A stretch of 63,759 nucleotides of DNA, the filler included, from Octopus bimaculoides (lineage: Eukaryota): NCBI RefSeq assembly GCF_001194135.2. It is 6 parts of 6 records of this genome, joined end to end, with 100 filler letters (N's around TTAATTAATTAA, not from the genome) between each part and the next. Parts side by side here need not be neighbours in the genome. Positions count along the whole stretch, not along the records: positions 1 to 30,955 come from NC_068992.1; positions 31,056 to 46,424 come from NC_068983.1; 4 more parts are not named here. One strand, written 5' to 3'. The notes under the pieces are model-generated. The model was not told the origin of the DNA. It worked only from the letters and a program-made list of their open reading frames with translations, and did no database searches. Numbering within the stretch: the first letter of the stretch is position 1; every line of letters starts with the position of its first letter. Shown in pieces: positions 25,980 through 39,724 of this stretch. The position numbers and the translations under genes were made by a program.

Positions 25980-26558
25980 CCTTTATGTTTGTTTAGGGGA
26001 AAAGTTTTTGAGCAGGCACATGAAATCACTTATTTTATTATGTCAGCTGCATCGCCCGAAGACATGAGCGGATGAACTATGATCCACCCACTGTCCATGA
26101 ATACAACGGACTGTAATCATCTCCGAATTACGGACTATGATCGTAAGAAACAAGTGATTTGTGGAAATGCGCGTAGCGATGCATTANNNNNNNNNNNNNN
26201 NNNNNNNNNNNNNNNNNNNNNNNNNNNNNNNNNNNNNNNNNNNNNNNNNNNNNNNNNNNNNNNNNNNNNNNNNNNNNNNNNNNNNNNNNNNNNNNNNNNN
26301 NNNNNNNNNNNNNNNNNNNNNNNNNNNNNNNNNNNNNNNNNNNNNNNNNNNNNNNNNNNNNNNNNNNNNNNNNNNNNNNNNNNNNNNNNNNNNNNNNNNN
26401 NNNNNNNNNNNNNNNNNNNNNNNNNNNNNNNNNNNNNNNNNNNNNNNNNNNNNNNNNNNNNNNNNNNNNNNNNNNNNNNNNNNNNNNNNNNNNNNNNNNN
26501 NNNNNNNNNNNNNNNNNNNNNNNNNNNNNNNNNNNNNNCTAAAGCTTCACGAGGCTTC

Positions 26559-26745
26559 GGCATGGGGTGGTGGTGACCCCTGTTGTACTCTTTCGCTCCA
26601 ACTTTCTCTCCCTCTTTCTTCCTGTTTCTTGAGTAACGCTGCGATGGACTGGCGTCCCGTCCAGCTGGAGGTAACACATGCGCCATAGAAACCGGGAAAC
26701 CGGTCCCTTGAGCCTAGCTAGGCTTTAAAAAGGGCGCATAAATAA
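26559..26745 (+). mobile_element. SINE (head A linker + tail 2), 5' part in gap
   Basis: AAAGCTTCACGAGGC...CCTGTTTCTTGAGTAACGCTGCGATGGACTGGCGTCCCGTCCAG...AACCGGGAAACCGGTCCC. Confidence 0.75.
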
Positions 26746-28195
26746 ATAAAATATACATATATATTCAGATCTGTGTGTATATATGCATACACATACATAT
26801 ACAACTTTTATACATGCAAACGCGCGTTGGTAAATTTGCATGTATGTATGTGTATGTGTGTGTGTGTGTTTGTGTATTTACACGCAACCAAATACACAAA
26901 GACATGCACACACGAACACACACGTAACAACGAAACAGTTCTCTCTGCATATAGGTGTGTGTGTATGCTTGTGTGCGTATATGTGTATGTTTGCATGTGT
27001 ATGTGTATATGTCCGACCTGTGTATGTACAGAACAACTCTCTATATCTATAGGTGTGTGTATATGTTCATTTATATTTGCGTGTGTTTATGCGTCGGTTA
27101 GCTTGTGTGCGCATATGTAAATGTTGTGTGTGTATGTGTGCGTGTGTGTGCACGTGCGTGTGAGGCCTCGTGTGTGTGTGTGCATGTATGTGTGTGAGAG
27201 CGCGTGCGTGTGTGTGTGAATGTGTGTGTGTGCGTGTGTGTGTGAACATGCGTGTGTGTGTGTGTGTGTGTGTGAACATGCGTGTGTGTATGTGTGTGTG
27301 TGTGTACAGAACAACAAAACAACGCTACGTCCTACAAAACCTCCCAACACACGATTCATTGCACAGCAAGAAAAATAAAGTAGCAGAAATGGTGGGAGTG
27401 AGGGGTTTAACCATTATTCATTATTCAAATCGATTCACTTTAATTAACCAACAATAACGTGTCAGTAATTTACAAATTAGTAGTTGGCTTTTGAAAATGG
27501 CTCTCTCGGCGTCAAGCCGAAACTTCCGGAATTTCATTGGTAATTAGAATAATAGCTTTCTATAAACAAAGCGAAATAACTCTGTGGTCAACTTCCTGTT
27601 GCTACAGTTATCGCCGTCGATGCCATAAAACTGAATAGTACATAATACATGACGAACGCTGGTCGGGTCGCTATCAACTCGGCACCTTCCAACAATTCCT
27701 TCCTCTTTTCTTTTGTCAATTTTTCCTTCTATTTGGGTCTCTTACGTTTCCTTTAAGAGTTTTATTTTCCTTCGCCATTTTTTTTTCTTATTTTCTTGTT
27801 TTCATTTTTGTTTCTTTTTCTATTGTCATTTATTTATTTATTTATTTGTATTCTTGTTTTAGCATTGTATGTGTTTTTCCTCTTATACGTTTAGATGTTT
27901 TTTTGTTATTTTTTGTTTTGTTTTGGTTCTGTTCTTTTTCTTTTCTGTTCCTCTTTTTCTTTTTTTTCTTTCTTTTTTGTTTTCTAACAGCCATTAACAC
28001 TTATTAGACTAGTTACGGATGGATTAAAATTTCAAATAGAATGAACAGAAAGAGATTAAAGGTTGAGGTTACAGTATGTCTCAGCAGTTTCACACGCATA
28101 TATATATGTGTGTATGTATGTACGTACATAAAAATATATATANNNNNNNNNNNNNNNNNNNNNNNNNNNNNNNNNNNNNNNNNNNNNNNNNNNNN

Positions 28196-28306
<111 letters not shown>

Positions 28307-28781
28307 CACACACACACGTAGCCCTGGATATATGTTTGTATTTGTCACTTTTTGTATATGAGCTTAAGTACGACCACAACAGTTTACCAATCTCCATCAA
28401 TATACACACACTCACTACAAACACACATACATATATGTATGCATGTATGTATATATGTATATATGTACGCACGTATGTATATATGTATATATGTATGCAT
28501 GTATGTATGCATGTATGTATGAATGTATGTATGTATGTATGTATGTATGTATGTATGTATGTATGCACCCGTTCACATCCAAGCGCGAACATTCGGATAT
28601 GCACATTGAGACTTTAATTGACACAAACGAAGTGTGATTGAGGAAAGGAAAGAAAGATAGAATGCAACTTGGTCGATAGAGAATAAACACACGCATGAGT
28701 GTGCGCGCGCACGCGCGTGAACATAAATGTTCATCTACAGTGAGACAGAGAAAAAGAAATGCAGTAAAACAGACAGACTAG

Positions 28782-28835
<54 letters not shown>

Positions 28836-29244
28836 TAGAGACAAAGGTACATAGGAAGAGAGGGAGAAAACAAAAAATAAAGAATTACAAGGATGCATTA
28901 CACTATCTTTAAACTAGAGAAAATTCGATGTCTATATATAGAGAGAGGGAATCTTATATACGAAGTGAAAGTGTTGTTTTGTCGTCTCTGCCAACAATGT
29001 AGCACGATTTTGTTGTACCCCGTTCAGTTGGTAACCCTTTAACCCTCGTGAATTTTTATTTTATAACATAATTTATACCTACGCACTCAATCGAGGTGTA
29101 GGAACAGCGGTAGCATATTGAACTGAATACAATAAAAGCATGTATGTGTCTAAAATTTTACTGAATATAGTTTGTGTTAAGTCATCCCATAAATAATGCG
29201 GTTTTTTATACTTTTATTTTTCAAAATTAAGATAAAGTTCTTTT

Positions 29245-29890
29245 TTAATCTAAAATATACTCTCTTTCATTTTCTACAATGCTCTTCCATCTATCTAGTA
29301 GACTTACAAGGCCCCCTCTTCCAAAATTCACTTGACCGTGACGAAAAATACTCCTCCTGTACTGTTCTGACCTCGTCTACATAATTCATATTTTTTCCGT
29401 TCAAATGGTTTTGTAGACTGCGGAATAAATGATAATTAGTTGGGGCAATGTTCAGCGAATATGGTGAGTGGGGCATTGATTCCCATTTAAACTGCTCCAG
29501 CTTTTGGAATGTCAAGTTCGCTGTATGTGGCTGAGCATTATCCTGATGGAAGAACACCATTTGTCTTGAAACCAAAGATGATCGTTTTCCTTCTGACGCT
29601 GATATCGATGAATGGTTGAATGACCAAATCCAAGCTTCACTGCAAGCTCCTCAACAGTTACGATAGGATTTTGTCCCACCAGGGTTTTCAGGACGTCCTC
29701 TTCGAGCTCTACAGGACGAGGTTCGTCTTCTAAGCTGTAGTTTCCGACTCGAAATTTATGAAACCACCGTTGATACTGGCTTACATTTATTGTCCATATT
29801 ATCCCCATATACTGCACTTTACGTTGCGTTGTTGCTTTAATTGAGCTCATAAAGCAATATATGCTAAATATGTTCCGTTGTCACTTCCAT
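29245..29890 (-). pseudogene. Internally deleted mariner transposase relic
   Basis: Start reads MEVTTEHI*HILLYELN*SNNAT*SA; HTH region QRWFHKFRVGNYSLEDEPR; C-terminal FHQDNAQPHTA, PHSPYSLNIAPTNYHLFRSLQNHLNGK and RWKSIVENEREYILD*. It has stops and frameshifts and lacks the central region. Confidence 0.9.
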
Positions 29891-30999
29891 TATAGCTTTG
29901 AAAAATAACTGTTAAAATTGAACTGCACTCTTCAAAACTTGCACTAAGAATGAATACAAGGTAAAATCACTGTCTGCTTTTATAGGGAGTTGATGCAGGT
30001 AGTTTATCCCGTTTCCTTCCGGCTTTTAGTTCATCCAATTGAATTTGAACTCAGAACGTGAGGACAAACGAAATACCACTCAGCTTTTCGCCCGACGTGC
30101 TAACGAGTCTTTCAGCTCGCCGCTTTTATCCATTTGGTAATAATAGCACATCTTCTGGAGGCGAAGATAATTTTAATAAATCAAGAATTTATGTTGAATG
30201 CTATTTAGCATACCGCTATTTGTCTATTCTATTCAAATACAAGCCACTGGTCATTTTGAATTATTTTTCTCAGCTAATTCTTGTTGAAATTACATTCAGC
30301 AGCCTATTGGAATTTGAAATAAAAACATAGGGGCGTAACTCAATACTTCATGTTCTGTCCATTTTTTTTTTCTTTTAAATTTTACTTTTTGTGTTACCAC
30401 CGTTCATGTCAACTATTGTAGGGGGAAGAAGTAAGTATATTGATTAATATATTGAGTGCTATATTGAAGAAAGAAATTCTCTGTTGATGTAGTAAGTAAT
30501 AGACGTTTGCCGATGACTAGAGATTAAGTGCATCGGTCAATTATCTTTCGAGATATCATTACAGAGAAAGCTTGTCGAATCTTGTGCAACAATTTCCCTT
30601 TCAGAAAAGTGCTCGACCACAGAACACCATTAGTTGAAAACATCAAAGATGGAAAAGTGTGTTTTGTTATTAGGAGTTTCTCAGAAGTTATGGGAAAGAC
30701 ATGGAGAAAGAGGGTGGAAGGGGTGCTGGGATGGAGGGGGGAGAAGAAAAGAAAACAAAAGAGAAATAAGAAAACGACTACAAGAGCAATAACGCCAAGA
30801 GATTAAGAAGAATGATGAAGGAAGAATAATGAATAATGAAAGAATAGCTATAGCAGTGGAGAAGGGGAGAGGGGGTCTTTGATGGCAAGAAGAAGAAGAA
30901 GAAGAAGAAGAAGAAGAAGAAGAAGAAGAAGAAGAAGAAGAAGAAGAGGAGGAGGNNNNNNNNNNNNNNNNNNNNNNNNNNNNNNNNNNNNNNNNNNNN

Positions 31000-31011
31000 T
31001 TAATTAATTAA
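31000..31011. other. Assembly join spacer TTAATTAATTAA inside N runs (also ~46469, 54268, 58504, 61181)
   Basis: Identical 12-mer with stops in all six frames, embedded between similar-length N runs five times. Confidence 0.9.
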
Positions 31012-32173
31012 NNNNNNNNNNNNNNNNNNNNNNNNNNNNNNNNNNNNNNNNNNNNATGATGATGATGATGATGATACATATATACGACAGGCTTCTTTCA
31101 GTTTCCGTCTACCAAATCCACTCACAAGGCTTTGGTCGGCCCGAGGCTATAGTAGAAGAGACTTGCCACGCAGTAGGACTGAACCCAGAACCATGTGGTT
31201 GGTAAGCAAGCTACTTACCACACAGCCACTCCTGCGCCTATGTAAGTTTAACATTCTAACATGGTTAAATTAGAAATTCTCTTACTACCACTTGCCACTT
31301 GTTGTCAGTAGATAATAACTGCAGTATAGCATATAAGAGAGAAAACAGAAATGTTAGAACAAAGGTTCTGCTTAGAAGTGAGGAAATGCTCAAGTCAGTT
31401 TAATGAATTAGATGACTGATGATGCATGTGGCCAGATCAATTAATTTGGCATCAATTTACTTAATTAAATATGGAGCAGTTTGGGGAGATATATCAATGT
31501 AACTGCTACTTTAATTATATCAGAATAGTAGTTATTGTCAGATGATATCTTCTTTGACTTATTTGAAAGAGATAAAATTACTTAGAATGTTGTGATATGC
31601 TTCTAGGAAAGAGTTGTTTATGATTTCCCATTTTAACTCAAATACTGATCATTTCAGATCACAAATGAATTCCAATTCCAAAGTTTAATTTCTTTTTACG
31701 TTAAAAAAAAAAAAATTCATTTGGAAAACAAAATAATGATATAAATAGTGGTTTTAGTAAACTAAGTCAAATTTTAATAAAACTCAAAAAGTTAACTTCA
31801 GAATAATCAATTTGTCTGTGCATTCAAGCATACAAGAAGAAAAAAATATAAAATCCATTTGAAGAGAAATTCTTAAAAACTATTTGCACAATGATAAACA
31901 TTACTTAAAATGTGCAAGATGCTAGCTTATTTATCATACAATACAAAATACACACGTATGTATATGAATATATAAGTATTTATGTATATGTGTATGTACT
32001 TTTATGAGTACATGTGTGTGTGTGTGTGTGTGTGTGTGCATATGTATGTATGTCTGTCTGTCTGCCTATACACACATACACACACACACACACATATGCC
32101 AGATGGTCTGCAAATCTAACAGAAGCCTCAAAAGACATATATATATCATGAACTCTCCCATCATTAGATGACA

Positions 32174-32283
32174 TACAAAGGGTGGATAAAAAGTTTTTAG
32201 CCTTGAAGTCTTGTACCTTCATCAGAAGTTTTGTACCATGTTTTGTTATTTTGAGGCTAAAGACTTTTCATACACCCCTCATG
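32174..32283. mobile_element. Mariner-derived MITE (~110 bp)
   Basis: Inverted ends TACAAAGGGTGGATAAAAAGTTTTTAGCCT / AGGCTAAAGACTTTTCATACACCCCTCATG resemble TACGAGGGG-type mariner TIRs. Confidence 0.65.
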
Positions 32284-32900
32284 TGAGGGTTCAGGAATTT
32301 CTTGCCAGACAACCACACAGATGATTTATCTATAGTGATAAAATATTTGTGTTCACATAAGCTCACTCCCTCCATCAAGTTGATATTACCTGTACAAGTG
32401 CACCTTGTGCCACATGTCAGATGACAAAATGATCGCAGAGCAACGTGAAATGAAGTGTTTTGCTCAAGAATACAACACAACACCAGGTCTAGGAATCGAA
32501 CACACAATCTTGCAGTCATGAGTGCAACACCCTAACCACTATATATAAAATATATATAAAATAATGAAGGTTGCTTGACACTGTTCAAAACCAAAAAGGA
32601 AATAATTCACCATCATTAAAATGTGATGAAGGGTACAGGGAATACCAGCATTGTTATAAATTAGAGTCATTGTGCTTTTTGTGGCTAAAGAGTTCTTTGA
32701 CTCTTATTTTTAGCAATGTTGGTGCTCCCTGCACTCTTCATCATATTTTAGTGACACGGAGCAAATAATTCAGGAGAAAATATTTGCAAAGATATCATTG
32801 ACTCTATTATTATCTAGTGTAACAATTTAAAACTGATAATAACAGAATCAATAATATAGGTGATTGAAGGCCCAAAAAAGCATTAAATAGCTAAAGGATT

Positions 32901-33055
32901 AAAATTAATCAAAGGACATACCAAGTATGTCTACCTGCAGGAAATAACAGTCAAAACTCTTATTTAAACCTTGCAGAATAGTCGTGACTTAGATAAGAGT
33001 CCTGACTGTTATTTCCAACAGGTAGACATAATTAGTATGTCCTTTGATTAATTTT
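32901..33055. repeat. ~155-bp imperfect foldback (MITE-like)
   Basis: AATTAATCAAAGGACATAC...TATGTCTACCTG..GGAAATAACAGTCA is mirrored at the right end. Confidence 0.75.
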
Positions 33056-34178
33056 TATTATATATATACATGTGTGTGTGTGTGTGTGTATATGTAAACA
33101 TTATTGGTTATACTTAGTCCATGTGCTTTATTTATATGCCAATTTGCTGCAGGATAGCATCCTGGGAAAGCTCCCTACATGACACTGGGTGTTAAAGAAC
33201 ACTGAATGTCTCCAAGTTTGAGGCAACTCGCAAGAATGATGAATATCCTTATTTCCCTATTATTGTAGGCCTTTGGTACTATGTACTCTACACACATTAA
33301 GCCAAAATATATTGCTGGTCTAGGACATCTATGTAAATAGTGTGAAGCTTATTTGCTGATGTGCTGTGGAATAGCTCTCATGAAACAAAATCAAATTTCA
33401 AATTAAAAGCAGCTCTGATAACGTAAATGTTTTTAGATGTACATACATAATGTTTGCTGTCTGTACAGCAATTCGCTGCAACATAGTGTCCTGAGAAAGA
33501 TCTCTACATGTGCCAATTGTTAAAGAAAACTGAATGTCTCAGACCAGGAGAGTTACTCACCTTAAGAAGACAAGGGTGGCTCTTTGAATTAAAGGTACAA
33601 CTTATTTTTACCTGCTGAGAGGACTGAAGCAATGTGCCACTGGGAATCGAACTCACAACCTTATGATCCTGATCCAAATACCCTAATCACTAAGACATGC
33701 AGCTATGCACCTTCTTCAGACACACACACACACACACAATATATTAAAAATGAACTTCAATCTTGCTTGCTTGCAATGTTACACAGCTATACTGGCACAT
33801 AATGAGAAAATACCATGAATTAAAGCCCCTTTTGAATATGAATACAAACGGAATAAAACAAGTTTTGTGTAAATTGGACAACTGGTTCTTGAGATATAGG
33901 GGTTTTGTGGTATAAATATTCAAAACAGNNNNNNNNNNAGAAGAAACTGTAACCTTTCAATTAGACACATTAGTGACTTTAACTTGACAACGAAAAAATG
34001 CAAATTGTTTTTTACAGTAAATGTTTCTATTTTCACTTTTGTTAAACACAATATTTTAATCATTTAGAAATATCTTTAAATGAATGTGATATCAAAAATG
34101 TAAGTTATTTATAAGTATTTATATTTTAGCTTTCTTTAAACAGACAATATTTCAATCATCATCATCATCATCATCATC

Positions 34179-34291
34179 GATTTGGCTGCTATTTCTAGCA
34201 CGCCCTGCTATCCCGTAATAGCTATTTGTGATAAAGGACCTGAAATAGCCATTATGTGGTAGCAGGGCATGCAAGAAATAGCAGCCAGATC
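34179..34291. repeat. ~113-bp hairpin with 32-bp arms
   Basis: GATTTGGCTGCTATTTCTAGCACGCCCTGCTA versus TAGCAGGGCATGCAAGAAATAGCAGCCAGATC (3 mismatches). Confidence 0.8.
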
Positions 34292-35223
34292 TTTCCTTTT
34301 CTGGGGAAAAAAGGCCATTTACAAATGATTTCAATATCACATTTGTTGAAAGCATATGAAATAACCTGGAAAAAAAACTCTCATGAAACAAAACTCTGTT
34401 GGTGGGAAACTCAAAGTTTCCTGGAAAACTGAGGTCCCCACAACTCCCCCACCCTTTCTTTTCTGGGTGAAAGTGGCTTGCGGTGGGTTTGGAAGTAAAA
34501 TACATTGAATGCACTTGTAAAAACCTGAGGGAAAAAAATCATTTCACACCAAAGTACAAACGGGTCCTTTATGAAATATTTACCTAAGAATGTGACAGGC
34601 ATGCAAATAAAAGGATCGATGAGACTGATAAAGCAAGGGCTGAGTATCTGGCAGAACAGAGGGAAAGAGACAGAAGCAGGTGAGATAAGGAATCGGACAC
34701 TTGGAGAACTGAGTGTCTGGTGAATACAAATGGAATAAAACAAGTTTTGTGTAAATCGGACCATGGGTTACTGAGATATGTGTTTTTTTTCAAGTACCTT
34801 TATAAATAGCCAAACTGGCATATAATAGGAAAAATACTTTGAAAGTAAGGTATCATTGAAATGTGAAAACACACGGAATAACAAGTTTCATGTAAATTGA
34901 ACCATGGATTCCCAAGATACATGGTTTTTTTGGGGGGTACCTTGAACTACTGATGACCCAACACATTACAGATAGTCTAGTCTAGTGTATGTATATATAT
35001 ATATATATATATTTGTTTTGCAAGATTTATTGGCTAAACTGGCAATATGACCATCCCCAAATACAATAACATATATATATATGCAAACGGACAGAGACTT
35101 AGAGACAAGTTACTTGAAGCATTTAATGAAATAGAAGGGGATATAGCATCATACAACGTGGAAGACAATTGGNNNNNNNNNNNNNNNNNNNNNNNNNNNN
35201 NNNNNNNNNNNNNNNNNNNNNNN

Positions 35224-35263
<40 letters not shown>

Positions 35264-36038
35264 TATAAAAAAATAATAAACAGAAAATAGGTGAAAAAAT
35301 ATCTTATGAATGATGTTATAAAGATCCTCAACTGACTAAATTAAAATTTCTACTAAAAAGTATTGAGAATATAATAACTATGTGATATTTTAATGCTCGA
35401 AATTAACCATCTGCAAGAGCTTTTTACTAAAATATCAGCTAATAATGTCTTGATTTAATCAGATATCTCTCTATAAAAGACCTGCAATATTTTATGCAAT
35501 GATAATCGAACATGCTCAAAGGTTTACCTTGTACAAATATCTCTTCCATCTATAGCAACTACAAAGATAGATTTTAACTAAAATATAGATACCAATTCAA
35601 TTATATGAAATTGTATGGTATGATGGGTTATGATTTCTCACTACAAAACGTTTTATTCTAGCTTTTATTCAAATGTCTTAATATGAAAACTCTTTGAATC
35701 AATAACATCAAGAAAGCGTGAAGAAAGAGCATGGAAAGAAGTTTTAGCTAAATCAATAACTATACACACAAAGAGATTTTTACAACAGGGGTTGAGTGAG
35801 AGAAATAAATTGTCCTGTCTATTCTATAGCATTGACCTGATGCTCACAATTAAGAGTTCTATATTTAAGTGTTATATTATGGTACATGTACACCTGCACT
35901 AGTGATATATCCTGTATACCCAAAAGCTATGTTGGGAAGTCATGAAAATGGCAGTGAGAGAAATTCAATGGGAATTCAAAAACATTAAGAATTTTACAGC
36001 TGAAAATTTTGAAGAAATAATTAAAAACAATCACTCAC

Positions 36039-36110
36039 CCTGACAAGATCTGTTAACAAGGAAAGTTTGAATTCCCAGTCAAGCTTGATATCGAAGTTAC
36101 ATATAACATC
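36039..36110 (-). CDS. Exon of a receptor (membrane) guanylyl cyclase, kinase-homology domain: DVICNFDIKLDWEFKLSLLTDLVR
   Basis: Acceptor catgtttatttccag|, donor AGG|gtgagt, 72 nt, phase 0/0. It matches the 24-aa segment of NPR1/RetGC-type cyclases as I recall it ([24 protein letters not shown] / DIKLDWMFKSSLLLDLIK). Confidence 0.85.
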
Positions 36111-38794
36111 CTGGAAATAAACATGAAATGATATCATTTAAGTACATTTCAGCAATATGTTTAAATAAATTCATAGATGTATTTCTCAAATAATGGCTGA
36201 AATATTAAGCTATGTAATTGTGTGTATAGGCTAAAAGTTTAAACTCTGCTATTATTGGGATCTCTTTGATAAATCACTTTGATCACATTGAATAAATTGA
36301 AATTGATGAACATTCTGTAACCACCCACTCATTAATAATTTATATCTATATATGAATATTTATAAGCGCTTAGGATGAAAAATAGATATGCAGGTAAGAA
36401 ATAGAAACATCACTTTATATTTGAAGATATTTTAAAAGATGTTCAGTTTCTGTTAAGAATTCTGAAGAAAATAAAGGAGATATTGCTTTATCAGGGATCT
36501 GCTAGTTTAAATTCTACCATCTACTCTGCATTGGTGAAGCTGGTGAGTCATTAACATCTGCTAAAACTCATGTAACAATAGAAAGAGCAGTCAAATGTCT
36601 CAAAACTTCTTCCCAGAGATCTGCCATTCCATTGTACCTAGAGCACGTACCGTTTTCTCTTATATAGCATTATAGTTGATGCAACAGTCATAGATACAAA
36701 GAGAAATAAAAAGTGCCATCTTCATCATCTTGTCGTCGTCGTCATCATCATCATCATCATCATCATTATCATCATTTAACGTCTGTTTCCCATGCTGGAA
36801 AGGGTTGCACAGTTTGATATCAACTGACCAGCTGAAGGGCTGTTCAGGCTTCATGCCTGTTTTGGCATGGTTTCTAAGGCTGGATGCCCTTCCAAACGTC
36901 TCACATTGTTGAAATTTTTATTCCATTTCTCTTTCGCTTCCAGATTGGCGTCTGTTTATAAGCAAATTGTTTTTTTTTTAAATGTGCTTGGTTGTTTTTC
37001 TTTTCCACTTGTTTGTATTTGAGTAAATAAACATAAAGAGACATTTAAATATTCACATATGAAGCCGGCAAGCTGCCAGAATCACTGGCATGCAGGCAAA
37101 AATTATTAGCAGCATTTCTTCTGTCCTTACGTTTTGAGTTCAAATATCATTGAGGGTAACTTTGCTTTTCATCCACCTGGGGTTGATAGAATAAGGACCA
37201 GTTGAGCACTGATGTCCATGTAATTGACTTACCCACTACTAGCTCTATGCCAAAATTTGAAATCACTAGTTGCATATGAATGTTTATTGTTTTATTTGTT
37301 TCAGTCATTGGACTATGGCCATGCTGGAACACATATATGTGTTTACATACATTTGTTCGTGTGTGTAAGTATGACAGTTTACAGGAGTTTCTCTTGATTG
37401 TTTAGAATGGTAAAAATGGCAAAGAGCTGAACTACATGATATTTTTTACCCCTTATACATTCTGGGTACCTTCCAGAATTGATAAAATTGTAAAATCGTG
37501 TACTGAACATGTTACAGAAATTATTACTTTCTAGTATTTAGTTATATATTGGTTCCAAATCTTGACATGGCTAATTTGCTTTGAATTTTTTGAAGATTGA
37601 TAAAATTTTTTGAAGATTGATAACATTTCTACCAGTCAAGTACTGAGATCGATATAATAGTCTCTAGTTTGACAGTATTGTTACAGTATCAGAGAAAATG
37701 TCTTATACTTAGTTTTGGTTCTCTGTACTCTGAGGTCTTTGCATTTCATCCTTTTGGTGTGGATAAAATATAGTACCAGTCAAATACTGAGGTTTGATAT
37801 AATTAACCATAAATTTCTTTCCCTGTTTTAACAACTGTTAGAATGCCAGACAAAATGACATGCAGTGTTTGTTCCAGCTTTTCACACTCTGAACTAAAAT
37901 CCTGTCTGTCTGTATGTATGTATGTATGTAGGTTTGCATGTATGTATGTATGTATGTATGTATGTATGTATGTGCATGAGTGCATATGTGTGTGCGTGTG
38001 TGTATTTTCTGGCCTCGACCAGAGTTGCACACCATCACATAAGAAGTGCTTTTCATTTCAAATCTACTGCAAAAATGTCAGGTTAGAGGGGTGTTTGACT
38101 TTACTTGGTCCCAGCAAAAGTTGGTGACAGGAACGCTATCTGGTCTTAGAAAATTTGAGAGATTCTGCCCAACCCTGGCAAGCATGGAAAAGTAAATATC
38201 AAACGATGAGGATAATGATGAAAATAAAGTTCTTTCAAATTTTCTTTCTCTCTTTGCATTATAATGCAATTTCAGTACTATTAAATTGTTCTTGACTATG
38301 TTCTGTTCTTCCTTCTATATCACACTATTTAATGAGGAATATGTGCACTTTCATTGGTGTGACTATAAATATCTTATTTTGGTTATTCTAAGTGTATCTA
38401 ATGTATAGGTGTCATGTACAACTGTATGAGCATCAACATTCCATTTGTCAGTCTATCAAAATTACAAAGTTAAACATTTGAAGGCAAGAAGAATTGTTGT
38501 ATTCTGGTGTTAATAAATTATAGTCCAATTACCATGACCATTCACCTACTTCTTAGGGAAAATATTCTGTTTTGGATAGCAGACACTTTCCTTGGAGAAA
38601 TAAGACATGACAGAATTTTTATTCATCATTACTCTTTAACGTTATTAATTCTTTTAAACTCACTTTAAACATGGAAAGATGTTTGCTGTTGTAATTGTAT
38701 AAGAGAGAATATTCTTCTTATAGGCCAAGTGTGATGAAAAGAAGTTGACTGGAGTACTGGATGCTGCCATCAGACTATAGGACTTGTGTTTTTA

Positions 38795-38835
<41 letters not shown>

Positions 38836-39353
38836 NNNNNNNNNNNNNNNNNNNNNNNNNNNNNNNNNNNNNNNNNNNNNNNNNNNNNNNNNNNNNNNNN
38901 NNNNNNNNNNNNNNNNNNNNNNNNNNNNNNNNNNNNNNNNNNNNNNNNNNNNNNNNNNNNNNNNNNNNNNNNNNNNNNNNNNNNNNNNNNNNNNNNNNNN
39001 NNNNNNNNNNNNNNNNNNNNNNNNNNNNNNNNNNNNNNNNNNNNNNNNNNNNNNNNNNNNNNNNNNNNNNNNNNNNNNNNNNNNNNNNNNNNNNNNNNNN
39101 NNNNNNNNNNNNNNNNNNNNNNNNNNNNNNNNNNNNNNNNNNNNNNNNNNNNNNNNNNNNNNNNNNNNNNNNNNNNNNNNNNNNNNNNNNNNNNNNNNNN
39201 NNNNNNNNNNNNNNNNNNNNNNNNNNNNNNNNNNNNNNNNNNNNNNNNNNNNNNNNNNNNNNNNNNNNNNNNNNNNNNNNNNNNNNNNNNNNNNNNNNNN
39301 NNNNNNNNNNNNNNNNNNNNNNNNNNNNNNNNNNNNNNNNNNNNNNNNNNNNN

Positions 39354-39393
<40 letters not shown>

Positions 39394-39397
39394 CATC

Positions 39398-39724
39398 GTG
39401 AAGGTTTGTGGTTTAGTGGTTAGGGTATTCAGCTTATGGTCATAAGGTCATGAGTTCAATTTTCAGCAATATGTTGTTTCCTTGAGCAAGTCACTTTATT
39501 TCATGTTGCTCCAGTCCACTCAGCTAGCAAAAATGGGTTGTACCTGTATTTCAAAGGGTCAGTCTTGTCACACTCTGTGTCATGCTGAATCTCTCTGAGA
39601 ACTACATTAAGTGTACATGTGTTTGTGGAGTGCTCAACCACTTGCACATTAATTTCACAAGCAGCAGGCTGTTCCATTGATTGGATCAACCAGAACACTT
39701 GTTGTCCTAACCGATGGAGTGCCA
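39398..39724 (+). mobile_element. SINE head B + tail 1, heavily CpG-decayed
   Basis: Colinear with 4813-5127, but most CpGs are replaced by TG or CA. Confidence 0.85.

Noticed and set aside
31000-31011. TTAATTAATTAA islands inside N runs (five occurrences)
   Set aside because: Identical six-frame-stop spacer between similar-length N runs. This is an assembly or scaffolding marker, not biology, and contiguity across these joins is uncertain.
35300-35830. Coding-like stretch with KLYGMMGYDF resembling a PolB motif
   Set aside because: Multiple stops in all frames, the NS residues of the motif are absent, and there is no other PolB signature.
36495-36542. Plus-strand 48-nt exon candidate GSASLNSTIYSALVKL, and similar short candidates at ~33270, 37405 and 42473-42534 (-)
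   Set aside because: Short AG/GT-bounded frames arise by chance in AT-rich DNA; no homology or phase chain supports them.
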